Source: a virus (lineage: Duplodnaviria > Caudoviricetes). Taken from it: a DNA stretch of 64,000 nt. The first letter of the stretch is position 1. Each line of letters starts with the position of its first letter. Shown here in pieces: positions 21,038 through 31,092 of this stretch. The stretch covers positions 1 to 64,000 of IMG/VR virus record IMGVR_UViG_3300027804_000001; one strand, 5' to 3'. The translations under genes and the position numbers were made by a program. The notes below the pieces were generated by a model. It had not been told where the DNA came from, did no database searches, and worked only from the letters and a program-made list of their open reading frames with translations.

Positions 21038-21357
21038 ATTAATTTGTTCGGAACCCAATACCAAATTCTATCTTCTGAGAATCGGTTCAAGGATTTACCT
21101 TCTTTTTTTTCTAATAATTTACTTACTTGTTGTAAGTGATTTTGATTTTTAATATCAACCCCAACATTAAAACCCAAACCATCTTTATAATATATGGTTT
21201 CTTTCATCGGTTCTACATATTTCCCATCATCATATAGTTTTAACATTTTAACCATTTCGTCCTTTTTCATTTTACATTCAATACCTCTTTGGTATATCAT
21301 TTTTTCAAGAACATCAAGTCTAAGTTTACTATAATCAGTATTTTCACTCATAAACAC
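21034..21357 (-). CDS. Hypothetical protein
   Basis: 107-aa ORF overlapping the deaminase start by 4 nt. Confidence 0.65.
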   Translation of the reverse strand: MFMSENTDYSKLRLDVLEKMIYQRGIECKMKKDEMVKMLKLYDDGKYVEPMKETIYYKDGLGFNVGVDIKNQNHLQQVSKLLEKKEGKSLNRFSEDRIWYWVPNKLI

Positions 21358-21409
21358 AAATATACAAAATATTTTTGTAATCTAAAAAAAAATATCTATA
21401 TTATATAAT

Positions 21410-22150
21410 ATGGTATATACAATAATAGCAGAAGCAAGAACAGGAGGTTCACACTTAGTAGAGGCGTTAAATAATGCGTTACCCAATTACACATTGGCAT
21501 CCGAACCTTGGAACGGTGCACCAAATAAATTTGTGGATACTAATGATTTTACAAAAATTGATTGGATTGACAATTATGAAAATATCATCATTAAAGAAAT
21601 ATATAATCCTGACGTAAATCTTCTCCCATTAATATATAAAAGTGATAAAGTTTTTTGTTTATATAAAGAAAATTGGTACAGTCAATTGAAATCCATTCTT
21701 TATTCTATGAATTTTAATGATTGGCAATGGGAATATAAAAAAACAGATGTGGATAAAAGTGTATTAGACGATGAATTATATGACATGTATTATGGTAGTT
21801 TCAAATGGTACAAAAAAGATTTTCAAAATTTTATAAAAGGGTATAATTTATCATCAATTTCCTATGAAAAGTTATATTATCAAAATGGTGTAAATCAGAT
21901 AAAAGAATTTTTTAATTTAAGTGAAAACTTTAAATTTCCAATTTATGAAAGACATCTTAAAGATGACAATGGAAATAGTATTGGATTCGAACAAACACCT
22001 GAAGAACCAACAAATTTAAAATACCTAAATGATGTTTTAGATTTGTCAGATAGAGCCAAAACACATATTATGTATAATTTCTTATTACAACAACAAGAAT
22101 TAAATAATAAAATTCTTAAAGAATTAGAACAACTTAAAAACAGAAAATAA
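21410..22150 (+). CDS. Sulfotransferase-like protein (Stf0 type)
   Basis: N-terminal ARTGGSHL PAPS-loop-like motif and ISYEKL. Confidence 0.55.
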   Translation: MVYTIIAEARTGGSHLVEALNNALPNYTLASEPWNGAPNKFVDTNDFTKIDWIDNYENIIIKEIYNPDVNLLPLIYKSDKVFCLYKENWYSQLKSILYSMNFNDWQWEYKKTDVDKSVLDDELYDMYYGSFKWYKKDFQNFIKGYNLSSISYEKLYYQNGVNQIKEFFNLSENFKFPIYERHLKDDNGNSIGFEQTPEEPTNLKYLNDVLDLSDRAKTHIMYNFLLQQQELNNKILKELEQLKNRK

Positions 22151-22178
22151 AAAACCCCCGATTTCTCGAGGGTTTTTT
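22149..22178. terminator. Bidirectional intrinsic terminator between convergent genes
   Basis: AAAAAACCCCCGA-TTTC-TCGAGGGTTTTTT. Confidence 0.75.
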
Positions 22179-22195
22179 AATATAGACAATTAAGA

Positions 22196-23920
22196 TTATC
22201 TTAATGTATCCAAACTGAATGTAGTCAAACCTTTAACGTCGATTACACCGAAGTAACGGTTGTTAACCATTTTCTTAGCGTAACGAGTCATAATACCCTT
22301 CACTGGAGTGAAGTTGAAAGGATTGTACATAGTTGGAGTTAATTGTAATGGTACATACGGTGCGTAGATGTAACCAGCGTCTAACAATGACTTACCTTTG
22401 TGTCCGATAAGAATCTTACCAGCTGGGAAGTATGGGTCACGATAAACTTGATAACGACCTGCTAATGTACCGATTTTCTCAATACCCATGTTGTATTGAT
22501 CTTGCTCAGGACCAGCGTTTGATACGTGGAAATATTCTAAATCATCGAATACTGCAGAAACTTCTGAAGAAACTACGATCCAGTTAGCACCACCTCTCAA
22601 AGTAGTTTTATGGATTTGAGCTGAAACTTGGTTAACCTTAGTGATTAACGTTTGGTTCCAGTCTTTTTGAGTGTAACCAGCGAAAGAGTTACCACCGTTA
22701 CCGTATTTCCACTCATTGTAATCCCATTTAGCTTTCCAAGCCGCACCTTTACGTAAGTCACGTAAAATTTCACGGTCAACCTCAGCTGCGATTTGCTCAG
22801 ATAACAATGCTGTTAACTCAGCTTCAGCGTCGATGTTGTGGAATGCACTAACGTCTTGAGCCAATTCAGGAGACCAGCTAGCTCTTAACTTTCTTTCAGT
22901 CACAGAAACTGTAACAGAAGATAAGTCGAAAGAAACTTCACCGATTTCTTCTTCGAACTCAAGAGTTGCATAAGTACGATAAGATGCAACGAAATCTGTA
23001 CCTACTAATGTTGAACCTGCTACCGTATGGTCAGAGAAACCTGATGTAGATGAGTAAGTTTGTAAGTCGATACTTAAGTAAACTGCTCCTTCTTGGTCAC
23101 AAATGTTGTTAAATTGGTTAAGACCAGAACCACCTTTTACACCATACTCAACAATACCTTTACCGTATTTCTGAGTTACGATGTTGAATGGTAATGATGC
23201 ATTAGATTGAACTTGTGCAGAAGAAACTTGTAATGAAGCAAGGAATTCTTCAGTGTCCATAACGTTACCGTTAGCACCAATCATTTTACCTTGACCATCA
23301 GTAGAGAAACCTTCTAATTTCAAGATAACACTTGAAAGTGTATCACCTGTAGCGTAAGTAACGGCGTTACCAGGGTTACCAACTGAAAACTCATGTAATG
23401 AAGAACCAGTTAAAGAAACTAATTCAAATTCACCTTTTGAGTAATCAAATAAACCTTGATCTCTGTCATCACCTTCTTCGTAGAAACGATCATAAAGGTT
23501 TCTTGCTCCTGTGTTATAACCTGCAGTAGATGCATCAGTTGTGTTAGGATATCCGAAAGGTGCATAGTGTGCTCCACCATCTCTTTCTTGAATCTTAGGT
23601 ACAAAATAGAACAATTTACCGATTGGTAAGTTCATAGCTTGTACAGATACGATATCGTTAGCTAATAATTTAGAGAACACACGACGAATGATAGGGAATA
23701 CCACTGTCTCGAATGAACCTGAAGCATCAGATACTGCTGCTTCGTTGATTAAATAAGACGCTTGGTTTTCATACAATTGCGCGATGTTATCTTTTTGGTG
23801 ACCATCAAGACCTTCTAAAAAGCCTAAGTCATCCCATTTTTTAATGGTATCTTCTTTGATAACACGAAGGTGCTTAAGACCGATGTTACCAACCATACCT
23901 GATTCTAATAATGCTCCCAT
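22196..23920 (-). CDS. gp23: Major capsid protein (T4 gp23 family)
   Basis: VQAMNLPIGKLF, RKLRASWSPELAQD, AELTALLSEQIAAEVDREI, YAPYVPL, GIMTRY. Confidence 0.97.
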   Translation of the reverse strand: MGALLESGMVGNIGLKHLRVIKEDTIKKWDDLGFLEGLDGHQKDNIAQLYENQASYLINEAAVSDASGSFETVVFPIIRRVFSKLLANDIVSVQAMNLPIGKLFYFVPKIQERDGGAHYAPFGYPNTTDASTAGYNTGARNLYDRFYEEGDDRDQGLFDYSKGEFELVSLTGSSLHEFSVGNPGNAVTYATGDTLSSVILKLEGFSTDGQGKMIGANGNVMDTEEFLASLQVSSAQVQSNASLPFNIVTQKYGKGIVEYGVKGGSGLNQFNNICDQEGAVYLSIDLQTYSSTSGFSDHTVAGSTLVGTDFVASYRTYATLEFEEEIGEVSFDLSSVTVSVTERKLRASWSPELAQDVSAFHNIDAEAELTALLSEQIAAEVDREILRDLRKGAAWKAKWDYNEWKYGNGGNSFAGYTQKDWNQTLITKVNQVSAQIHKTTLRGGANWIVVSSEVSAVFDDLEYFHVSNAGPEQDQYNMGIEKIGTLAGRYQVYRDPYFPAGKILIGHKGKSLLDAGYIYAPYVPLQLTPTMYNPFNFTPVKGIMTRYAKKMVNNRYFGVIDVKGLTTFSLDTLR

Positions 23921-23955
23921 TTTTTTGGATTTTATTTTTTTGTTTTATTTGTTTA

Positions 23956-25146
23956 TTATTTTATTTTACTCATCAAATCTTTCATTCTTCTGAATTGAGG
24001 ATTTTCATAAGCTTTCGCTTCTGCTAAAACCTCTTGAGATGATGATGATTGAGGAGTTGTAGAGATTTTTTCAACTACTGATTCCGTAACTGGTTTTTTA
24101 GTGTCCAATTCAGATTTAATTGTGTTGAATAAATTTTTAGATTCATTCATAGTTGAAACTGAATCAAATCTCTTAAGAATATTCAATTTCTCTTGCTTTG
24201 TTGTTGAATGTTCAGTGAATAAACGAGTAGCGTAAGCTAAGTTTGCGTTGAATACTGCAACTTCGTTAAGTTTTTCTTTGAACAATATTAACGCCTTTTT
24301 ATATTCGTTGTTTTGTTTTTTCAAAGTCTCAACTTCTTCATTCATTTCATGACGACCAGCTTTGAATTTTTTACCTTGATTTGCTGGTTTTCTAACATCA
24401 TTAGCGAATGTTCTTGCAGCTTCAGTTGCTTCAACTTCTTTAGGTTCATCTTGACCTTCAGAAGCCTCAACTTCTTTAGGTTCAACTTCACTTTCAGAAG
24501 CTTCAACTTCTTTGTCTTCCTCATCTAACTCAATTTCATAAATTGATTCATCTGCTGAAATTTCATCATTTGAATCTTCTTCTCCATCAAGTTTGATGAT
24601 GTACTCATCACCGTCTAAATCCAAAGACACGTCATCACCGTCTTTTTTAACTACGATTCCATCTTCAGGTTTCATTGCTTTGAATATTTTAAGAACTTCA
24701 TCATCTGAAGCACCTGTCATATCCATTACATCATCATCTGATGGCATTTCGTCATCGGCTCCCATGTCATCTACAGGTAAATCTTCACCACCCATAGAAT
24801 CCATAGAATCAACGTCTTTCATTGGATCTTCATTATCGAGGTTGTCTACATTTTCATCGTCACCTTGGTCATCAGTTTCTTCAGAATCATCATCTGATTC
24901 CTCATCATCTTCTTCACCTTCAGGTTGTTCTGACATATCTTTTTCCCCTTCTTTAGGTTCAATAGAATCTTCTTCTGATACTTCAGTTGATTCTTCTACT
25001 TTTTCCTCTTTTTCTGACTCTTTAAGCAATTCATTAAGTTCTTCCTTCATTGTTGAAGCAAGTATACCTTTTGCATTTTGCTTTACTGCTTCTTCAAGTG
25101 TTTGTACTTGAAGTAACGCTTGTTCTAAAATTGATTTTTCAGTCAT
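23956..25146 (-). CDS. Prohead scaffolding/core protein
   Basis: Very acidic linker and C-terminal coiled coil (LNEVAVFNANLAY); lies between protease and capsid genes. Confidence 0.8.
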   Translation of the reverse strand: MTEKSILEQALLQVQTLEEAVKQNAKGILASTMKEELNELLKESEKEEKVEESTEVSEEDSIEPKEGEKDMSEQPEGEEDDEESDDDSEETDDQGDDENVDNLDNEDPMKDVDSMDSMGGEDLPVDDMGADDEMPSDDDVMDMTGASDDEVLKIFKAMKPEDGIVVKKDGDDVSLDLDGDEYIIKLDGEEDSNDEISADESIYEIELDEEDKEVEASESEVEPKEVEASEGQDEPKEVEATEAARTFANDVRKPANQGKKFKAGRHEMNEEVETLKKQNNEYKKALILFKEKLNEVAVFNANLAYATRLFTEHSTTKQEKLNILKRFDSVSTMNESKNLFNTIKSELDTKKPVTESVVEKISTTPQSSSSQEVLAEAKAYENPQFRRMKDLMSKIK

Positions 25147-25226
25147 TTTTTTGGTTTTATTACTCTATAAATATTATGATTTTCAAAAAAATCTATCTGT
25201 TATTATTGAAATCAAAATAAAATTGT

Positions 25227-25910
25227 TTATTTGGATAAAAATCTATCTAAATTTCCCATTAATTTTTTCATCCTATTATCAAGAATTGGTTTCTCTTCTG
25301 CCGATTCTTGATATTGTTCTCTTTCAGAAGGGTCTACAAATACATATGCACCTGGTGTTGACGGTGATGATACTAAATCAAAACATACCAACTCAAAGTC
25401 TTCTTGAACAATATTTTGTCCTTTTACATTTTTAAGTGAACCGACACCACGAGATGAAATGCCTAATGTTGCACCATTCATAATCAACATAGCCGCTTGG
25501 TCACCTTTAGTTGATACTATTCCCATCTTTTTCCAACCAGGAGAAGTGAATAATTTTATTTTACCCATAAGGATTTTACCATCCCACCATGTTTCGAGGA
25601 TTGAATGTGATACTCTATCTAAATCGATAAGAGAAGATGATGGGTGATTTAATTCATTTAGTGCCCCACCTTTTTTAATTAAATTTTGATATTTTTCGTT
25701 TTCTCTTTTTAAGAGAATTTCGGGATAGATTCTCCCGTTCTTGTTTGGAGTGTCGTATTTTTGTAAAACAGCATAAAGGACAAGGTCTTGTGAAAAGTCC
25801 ATATCCTTAGCCTCTTTTAAGATTTGTTTATTTTCTTCAGGAGATATATGACCTGCGTCATATTCAATTAAAATTCCTTTACCCGTTTCGTTTGGACCTA
25901 ATACCTTCAT
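25227..25910 (-). CDS. gp21: Prohead core protease (T4 gp21 family)
   Basis: NKNGRIYP, ELNHP, LGISSRGVGS, DLVSSPSTPGA. Confidence 0.93.
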   Translation of the reverse strand: MKVLGPNETGKGILIEYDAGHISPEENKQILKEAKDMDFSQDLVLYAVLQKYDTPNKNGRIYPEILLKRENEKYQNLIKKGGALNELNHPSSSLIDLDRVSHSILETWWDGKILMGKIKLFTSPGWKKMGIVSTKGDQAAMLIMNGATLGISSRGVGSLKNVKGQNIVQEDFELVCFDLVSSPSTPGAYVFVDPSEREQYQESAEEKPILDNRMKKLMGNLDRFLSK

Positions 25911-25952
25911 TTATATAGTCAATTATACTATATAAATACATCGATATATAAG

Positions 25953-26378
25953 TTATTTTTTGTTTTTATTAAAGTTAAACAGGTTTTTATCTGATAATCC
26001 CTCTTGGATTATTTTTTCTATTATGTTTTTAACAGTCAATTTTGTTGATTTTTGTTTAACATCAAAAAACTTCTCAACATACAAAGTTACCTCTAAATTC
26101 ATGAATGATCGTTTTTCAATCTTTATACCTTTAGTTTTAATATCTAAATCAACGATACATTGAGGTTTAAAATTTTCATTTTTTAAATTATAGACTATTT
26201 CTTTAATTATTCTTCTTGTTCTATTAATTAAGTAATCATAATCATATAGTTCATTTTTAGGCTGAACCCAAGAATTAAATTTTAAATAAATTGTTTTTAA
26301 ATTTTTAGAATCTACTGTTCCATAACCTATTTTCACATCTTTGTATTCTCCTAAGGAGATATACTTTCCGGTTTTCAT
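25953..26378 (-). CDS. Hypothetical protein
   Basis: 141-aa ORF. Confidence 0.7.
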   Translation of the reverse strand: MKTGKYISLGEYKDVKIGYGTVDSKNLKTIYLKFNSWVQPKNELYDYDYLINRTRRIIKEIVYNLKNENFKPQCIVDLDIKTKGIKIEKRSFMNLEVTLYVEKFFDVKQKSTKLTVKNIIEKIIQEGLSDKNLFNFNKNKK

Positions 26379-26479
26379 TATAATATCATATTATATATTT
26401 TTATGGTGTTAATAAAAAATAAAGAAAATATTTGAAAATAAAAAATAATTTATGTATATTTTTAATATACTTATATGAT

Positions 26480-26665
26480 ATGCTAATAGTTGAAGTAACA
26501 AAAAACATTGAAACTGCACTTAAAATCTATAAAAACAAGGTCGTGAAGACCAAACAAATTCAAAAATTAAGAGAAAGACAAGAATTTGTAAAACCCTCTG
26601 TTAAGAAAAGAGGTACGATTTTAAAAGCGAAATATGTTCAGAAAATAAAAAATGGTCTTAATTAA
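26480..26665 (+). CDS. rpsU: Ribosomal protein bS21
   Basis: MLIVEV..NIETALKIYKNKV.KTKQIQKLRERQEFVKPSVKKR...KAKY; start moved to ATG 26480. Confidence 0.93.
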   Translation: MLIVEVTKNIETALKIYKNKVVKTKQIQKLRERQEFVKPSVKKRGTILKAKYVQKIKNGLN

Positions 26666-27395
26666 GACCATTTTTTAATTCTACTAATCTAAAATAATTA
26701 ATCCTCGAGGCTCCTTTATTATTAACCTCATCTTTAACGTTATTCAATTTTGTTTTCATTTCAGAATCTACGGATTCATTTAACAAATCATCTATTTTAG
26801 ATACTAAAGACTCTTTTAATTCTTTTGTCTTTGTTTCAATATCTTCATTTGATAATGACAATATGTTTTTAAGTTCTTCTTTTTGTTCGTTTGTTAATGA
26901 GTTATTATACAAAACATTAAAATTATTTGTTAAAACAGTATGTAAAAGTTTTTCATTTGGAACATGAATGATTTCTTTAGTTTCACTGATTTCCTTTTTG
27001 GTTGTTAAATGTTCAACTAATTTTCTCTTAGCAATTACTTTTTTATCAATATTACTTAAACTATCAGTTTCACACAATTGGTCTATAGTTTCATATATCT
27101 CATTGCTTTCAGAATCTACACCTTCTAATTTTTCGTTTAATTTATTGCAAAATTCAGATACGTCATTGTATTTTTCTTTTAATACTTTGTTTAACTCCTC
27201 AACATATAGTTTTGCAATCTCTTTATCCTCAATGTATTTGTTTTCAATTTCTTCATAAAACAAGTATAATTCTTTAAATTCTTTATTAGATTTTAAAGTT
27301 TTTATAATATCTTTTACATCGTTTTTATTGTCTGAAGAATATGATTCAACTAACTTTTTTAATATTTTAGTTTTTATTTTACCGAATCCGTTCAT
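26658..27395 (-). CDS. Hypothetical helical protein
   Basis: 245-aa ORF directly downstream of portal. Confidence 0.75.
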   Translation of the reverse strand: MNGFGKIKTKILKKLVESYSSDNKNDVKDIIKTLKSNKEFKELYLFYEEIENKYIEDKEIAKLYVEELNKVLKEKYNDVSEFCNKLNEKLEGVDSESNEIYETIDQLCETDSLSNIDKKVIAKRKLVEHLTTKKEISETKEIIHVPNEKLLHTVLTNNFNVLYNNSLTNEQKEELKNILSLSNEDIETKTKELKESLVSKIDDLLNESVDSEMKTKLNNVKDEVNNKGASRINYFRLVELKNGLN

Positions 27396-27397
27396 TT

Positions 27398-29227
27398 TTA
27401 ATCGTTTAAAATGTCTTTTATTTTGTTTTCTATTTCATAAATATTCTGTTGGGCCTTATTCATATCAAATAAATCATCAAAACTTAAAGTTTCTTCTCCC
27501 AACATACCTAATATTTTAGATTTTCTACTTTCACTTAGTGGTTCTGCTCCACCGGCTGCCGGTTCTCCACCTGTTGGTGCTGCCGGCATTGGTGGTGATC
27601 CTCCTCCCATATCTCCACCCGCAGGTGCTTCACCGGTTTGTCCTGACGCCTCCATGGCCTCTCTTTCTTCTTCAGGAATACCATACTTAGCATCCACATC
27701 ATCAAACACACCTGAACGTTTAATAATATTTTGAGTGTTTTGTAATTCAAATCCCATCGCTCTTTCAAGACGTTGTTGTTGTAAATCAAGGATAACCTCA
27801 CTATCACTCATACCAAGAATATTCTTTTTGGCCCATGTATGTGAAACAGGTAAAATACCAATTTGGGATTGATCTGATGTTGCGTCTTTGTAAAGTGTGA
27901 TTTTTTCTTTCCATTGTTCAATTCTTAACAAATCAGATTGTGCTGATGGATTTGTTAATGATAAAGAAAAATTACCTAATTCATCTTCTAAACCTAAAAG
28001 GTATAAATGTATTAACGCAATTTTATTTAATTCTTGAATTAAGGACTTTTGAATTTTATTAATTGTTCTGGCAAAACGAATGTCCATCAAAGCTAATGTT
28101 TTACCTTCACCAACAACTTCTTCAAATCCTAAAAAAGCCTTTGGAATACGTAAAGCTGCTAATAATTTCTTTTGGATATATTCAATATCTGCAATCTCAC
28201 CTAAGTTTTGTGCACCTGGTAATGTTTCAATTGGATTTGTTTGTGATGGGTCACGAACAGGAATGAAATAATCTTGGTCTACTGCCATTTGATTATATCT
28301 CATATCCACTTGACCATTTCTTGGGTCGGCTATTTGGTCTCTCTTAAATTTACTTGCAACACGTTGAACATATGGTTCAATATCTTTGTCATCCATGTTA
28401 CCAACAAACACTTTAAACACACGTCTTTCGGGTGCTCTCGATGTTCTATAAATTAACATAGCATCTTCTGCAAGTAAAAGTTGTTTCCAAATTCTTCTAA
28501 TCTTATCTAACATAGAAGTACCATATGGTAACTTTCTATCATCACCCAACAATCTAAAGTGAGCAATTTCCCAAGACTGAAATTCCATTTCTTTATTTTT
28601 CCATTGGAATCTTAATTCTCTACTTGGTACTTTTATGTCTCTTTGTTGTCCTGGTGTTTTGGATGCCGCACCTTCTATTCTTTCAATTTCAATGTTTGGT
28701 AATTGTTGACAACCGATAACCCCCTTTTCAGGATCAACTTTTAAATAAACAAAATCATCACCATACTTACACAAACCTCTTGCCCACATTTGTAAATTTG
28801 TGTTAACATCAAGTTTTTCTTTAAACAAATCCTCAAGTATACCTTTAACTCTATCTGACTCAGAATAAATTGTTAAAATTTCACCTTTTTCAGATAATGT
28901 TGTTGATTCTTCTGCATATATGTCTAATGCTGCGGAAATCTCTGGTGTAAACTCCATAGATTCATAATCATAATATGCCGCAAGTCTATTTGGTTCGTAG
29001 TATACCGATTGATTATAGAGAGATTGGTCTAATTTAGTCCACTTATCTGCAATATATTGAGATTGTTGTGCTTGTAATAGAGCCTTTTCGTATTCTTCTC
29101 TACTATCTGTCTTCAACAACTCATCTTTTGAAAAATTAAAAGAAGGGGCTTCTTCGGGTTTTGTTTTACCCGGATAACCGAACACCCTTGTTAATTTTTG
29201 AAAAACTGTAAGATTATTATCTGCCAT
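27398..29227 (-). CDS. gp20: Portal protein (T4 gp20 family)
   Basis: EDAMLIYRTSRAPERRVFKVFVGN, EDYF-like QDYFIPVR, IETLPGAQNLGEIADIEY, ALRIP. Confidence 0.95.
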   Translation of the reverse strand: MADNNLTVFQKLTRVFGYPGKTKPEEAPSFNFSKDELLKTDSREEYEKALLQAQQSQYIADKWTKLDQSLYNQSVYYEPNRLAAYYDYESMEFTPEISAALDIYAEESTTLSEKGEILTIYSESDRVKGILEDLFKEKLDVNTNLQMWARGLCKYGDDFVYLKVDPEKGVIGCQQLPNIEIERIEGAASKTPGQQRDIKVPSRELRFQWKNKEMEFQSWEIAHFRLLGDDRKLPYGTSMLDKIRRIWKQLLLAEDAMLIYRTSRAPERRVFKVFVGNMDDKDIEPYVQRVASKFKRDQIADPRNGQVDMRYNQMAVDQDYFIPVRDPSQTNPIETLPGAQNLGEIADIEYIQKKLLAALRIPKAFLGFEEVVGEGKTLALMDIRFARTINKIQKSLIQELNKIALIHLYLLGLEDELGNFSLSLTNPSAQSDLLRIEQWKEKITLYKDATSDQSQIGILPVSHTWAKKNILGMSDSEVILDLQQQRLERAMGFELQNTQNIIKRSGVFDDVDAKYGIPEEEREAMEASGQTGEAPAGGDMGGGSPPMPAAPTGGEPAAGGAEPLSESRKSKILGMLGEETLSFDDLFDMNKAQQNIYEIENKIKDILND

Positions 29228-29270
29228 TTCTATAAATAGTTTTGTTTATAATATAAACTTTTATTTTCAA

Positions 29271-31052
29271 TTAGGAAATGTTTTTCTTTTTACCAAATAA
29301 CCAAGAATATTCCTGATAATTAGTTTTTGGTTGATTTAATGGATTGTTTTGGTGGTAAAATGATGGATCGGTTTGTAATGCCCCAACAGGGTCTAACGAT
29401 GTACCATAAGAATAAAATGATTTATTAGCTTCATATGTTCTTTCAGACATAACCCAAGATTCCAACATTGCTTTGTTTTTTGAATCGTTTCTTTGTAATT
29501 GATTGAAACAAATATCACCAGCATACAACGCCATAGAAAGACTCATAATAGAATCATCATGTGACCCTTTCATATGGTCAGGTCTTCCATTAATATAAAC
29601 AAATGTATTAAGTTCGTTTAATAACCTCGTTGAACGTATAGCAAATCCTTTTCTCACTTGTTCTTCAAAAGCAGCAACAATCTGAGTTCTTTTATTATTG
29701 AAATTAAGACCAGGGATTTTCTCCATTGCCTTTTTATTGTATTCCCAAATATTTTGTGTATTAATCCCATCAACATAAAGGTGTTTATAATTCATTTCTT
29801 GTAATTTCCTTGATGTTGCAATACCCATACCACCTGTAATATCAATCACTATAAATGCATCATATAAAACACCCCATTTATACGCAATTGCCGCCAAATC
29901 ATCTGGAGGTATTTTACCAATATATTCAACAACTTGTTCTCTATCATCAAAATCAACAATATTAATTGATGAGAAATCTTCACTATCACCCCTACTCACA
30001 TCCACACCCATAATATAACGATGTCCTTGAACCGGTTCTTTCCATTGCCAAAAAGTACCTTGCATATATTTTTCTATGGGTTGTCTAATCATATTCTTGG
30101 CGATACTTTCTTGAAGTTCTCCAGGAATTACACCGTCACCCGAACCTAAGAAGTCACATTCCAATTCCTGTGCAATCTTACGTCTATCATATTTAAATTT
30201 CTTAGACATTGATTCAAACCAAGACGAAAACGGTTTATAACCTTGTTCGTGATATTCTTGATACTTTTCAATATCAAAATCATACATAACAACCTCATCA
30301 TCGTTATATTGTTCTCTATTTAACATGTAATGACAAATATCTTGACACTTAACCCAACGTAAATCTTTTGTATAACGTGGGTCTTTAAACCATCTTAAGT
30401 CTGTAATATGGAAATCATTTACCCCTCGAATTGCTTGGTCATAAACACCATAATAAATTGGGTCATAACCATTTGGAGTCGATATGAGAATAATTTTACC
30501 ACCCGTAGATAGGGACGCCATAGATGCCGCCCAAAAGTCTTCACCAGCTTCAATATATGCTGCTTCGTCAAATACAAGAATTGTTGGTGTGTAACCACGT
30601 AAAGCGTCAGGTGATGTTGCAACTGCCTTAACTTCACAACCGTTATTTAATCTAAATCTACTTTCTGAGTTTTTATCGGGTGAGAAGCCTACATTAATCC
30701 ATTCCGGCCACTGATCTAAAAAATGTCTAACTTTATTAGCCATTTCAACTGCAGTATCACGTTTATTTGCAATTAATAAAACTCTTTCAGGGTTATCCGG
30801 TTTAGCTAATTGTAATTTTTTAGAAATCCACGCGGCCGTTACTGTGGTAACACCCGCCTGTCTATATTTTCTTGTAATGTTTTCATTATATGTTTCATAA
30901 TCATTCAATAATTGAATTTGGTCAGGAAACAACTCTAATGGAACATACTTTTTTTGTGTGTTATCAAATGTTTGTAAATAAGTTTTAAGAGCATATGGAG
31001 TATCTTTTATAATTCTCGCATATTCTTTTAATTGTTCTATTTTTGAATTCAT
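29271..31052 (-). CDS. gp17: Terminase large subunit (T4 gp17 family)
   Basis: KYRQAGVTT, LVFDEAAYI, ISTPNG, ELECDF, GVDVSRGDSEDFS, HDDSIM. Confidence 0.95.
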   Translation of the reverse strand: MNSKIEQLKEYARIIKDTPYALKTYLQTFDNTQKKYVPLELFPDQIQLLNDYETYNENITRKYRQAGVTTVTAAWISKKLQLAKPDNPERVLLIANKRDTAVEMANKVRHFLDQWPEWINVGFSPDKNSESRFRLNNGCEVKAVATSPDALRGYTPTILVFDEAAYIEAGEDFWAASMASLSTGGKIILISTPNGYDPIYYGVYDQAIRGVNDFHITDLRWFKDPRYTKDLRWVKCQDICHYMLNREQYNDDEVVMYDFDIEKYQEYHEQGYKPFSSWFESMSKKFKYDRRKIAQELECDFLGSGDGVIPGELQESIAKNMIRQPIEKYMQGTFWQWKEPVQGHRYIMGVDVSRGDSEDFSSINIVDFDDREQVVEYIGKIPPDDLAAIAYKWGVLYDAFIVIDITGGMGIATSRKLQEMNYKHLYVDGINTQNIWEYNKKAMEKIPGLNFNNKRTQIVAAFEEQVRKGFAIRSTRLLNELNTFVYINGRPDHMKGSHDDSIMSLSMALYAGDICFNQLQRNDSKNKAMLESWVMSERTYEANKSFYSYGTSLDPVGALQTDPSFYHQNNPLNQPKTNYQEYSWLFGKKKNIS

Positions 31053-31068
31053 ATATAATAAATATGAA

Positions 31069-31092
31069 AAAAGGTGGTATGACCACCTTTTA
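31069..31092. terminator. Intrinsic terminator
   Basis: AAAAAAGGTGGT-ATG-ACCACCTTTT just after the stop of 31093-32454. Confidence 0.7.

Noticed and set aside
22196-31052. Inteins, self-splicing introns or stop-codon recoding in capsid, portal or terminase genes
   Set aside because: All are continuous, of normal length in code 11, with no intein or homing-endonuclease motifs; no suppressor tRNA is present.
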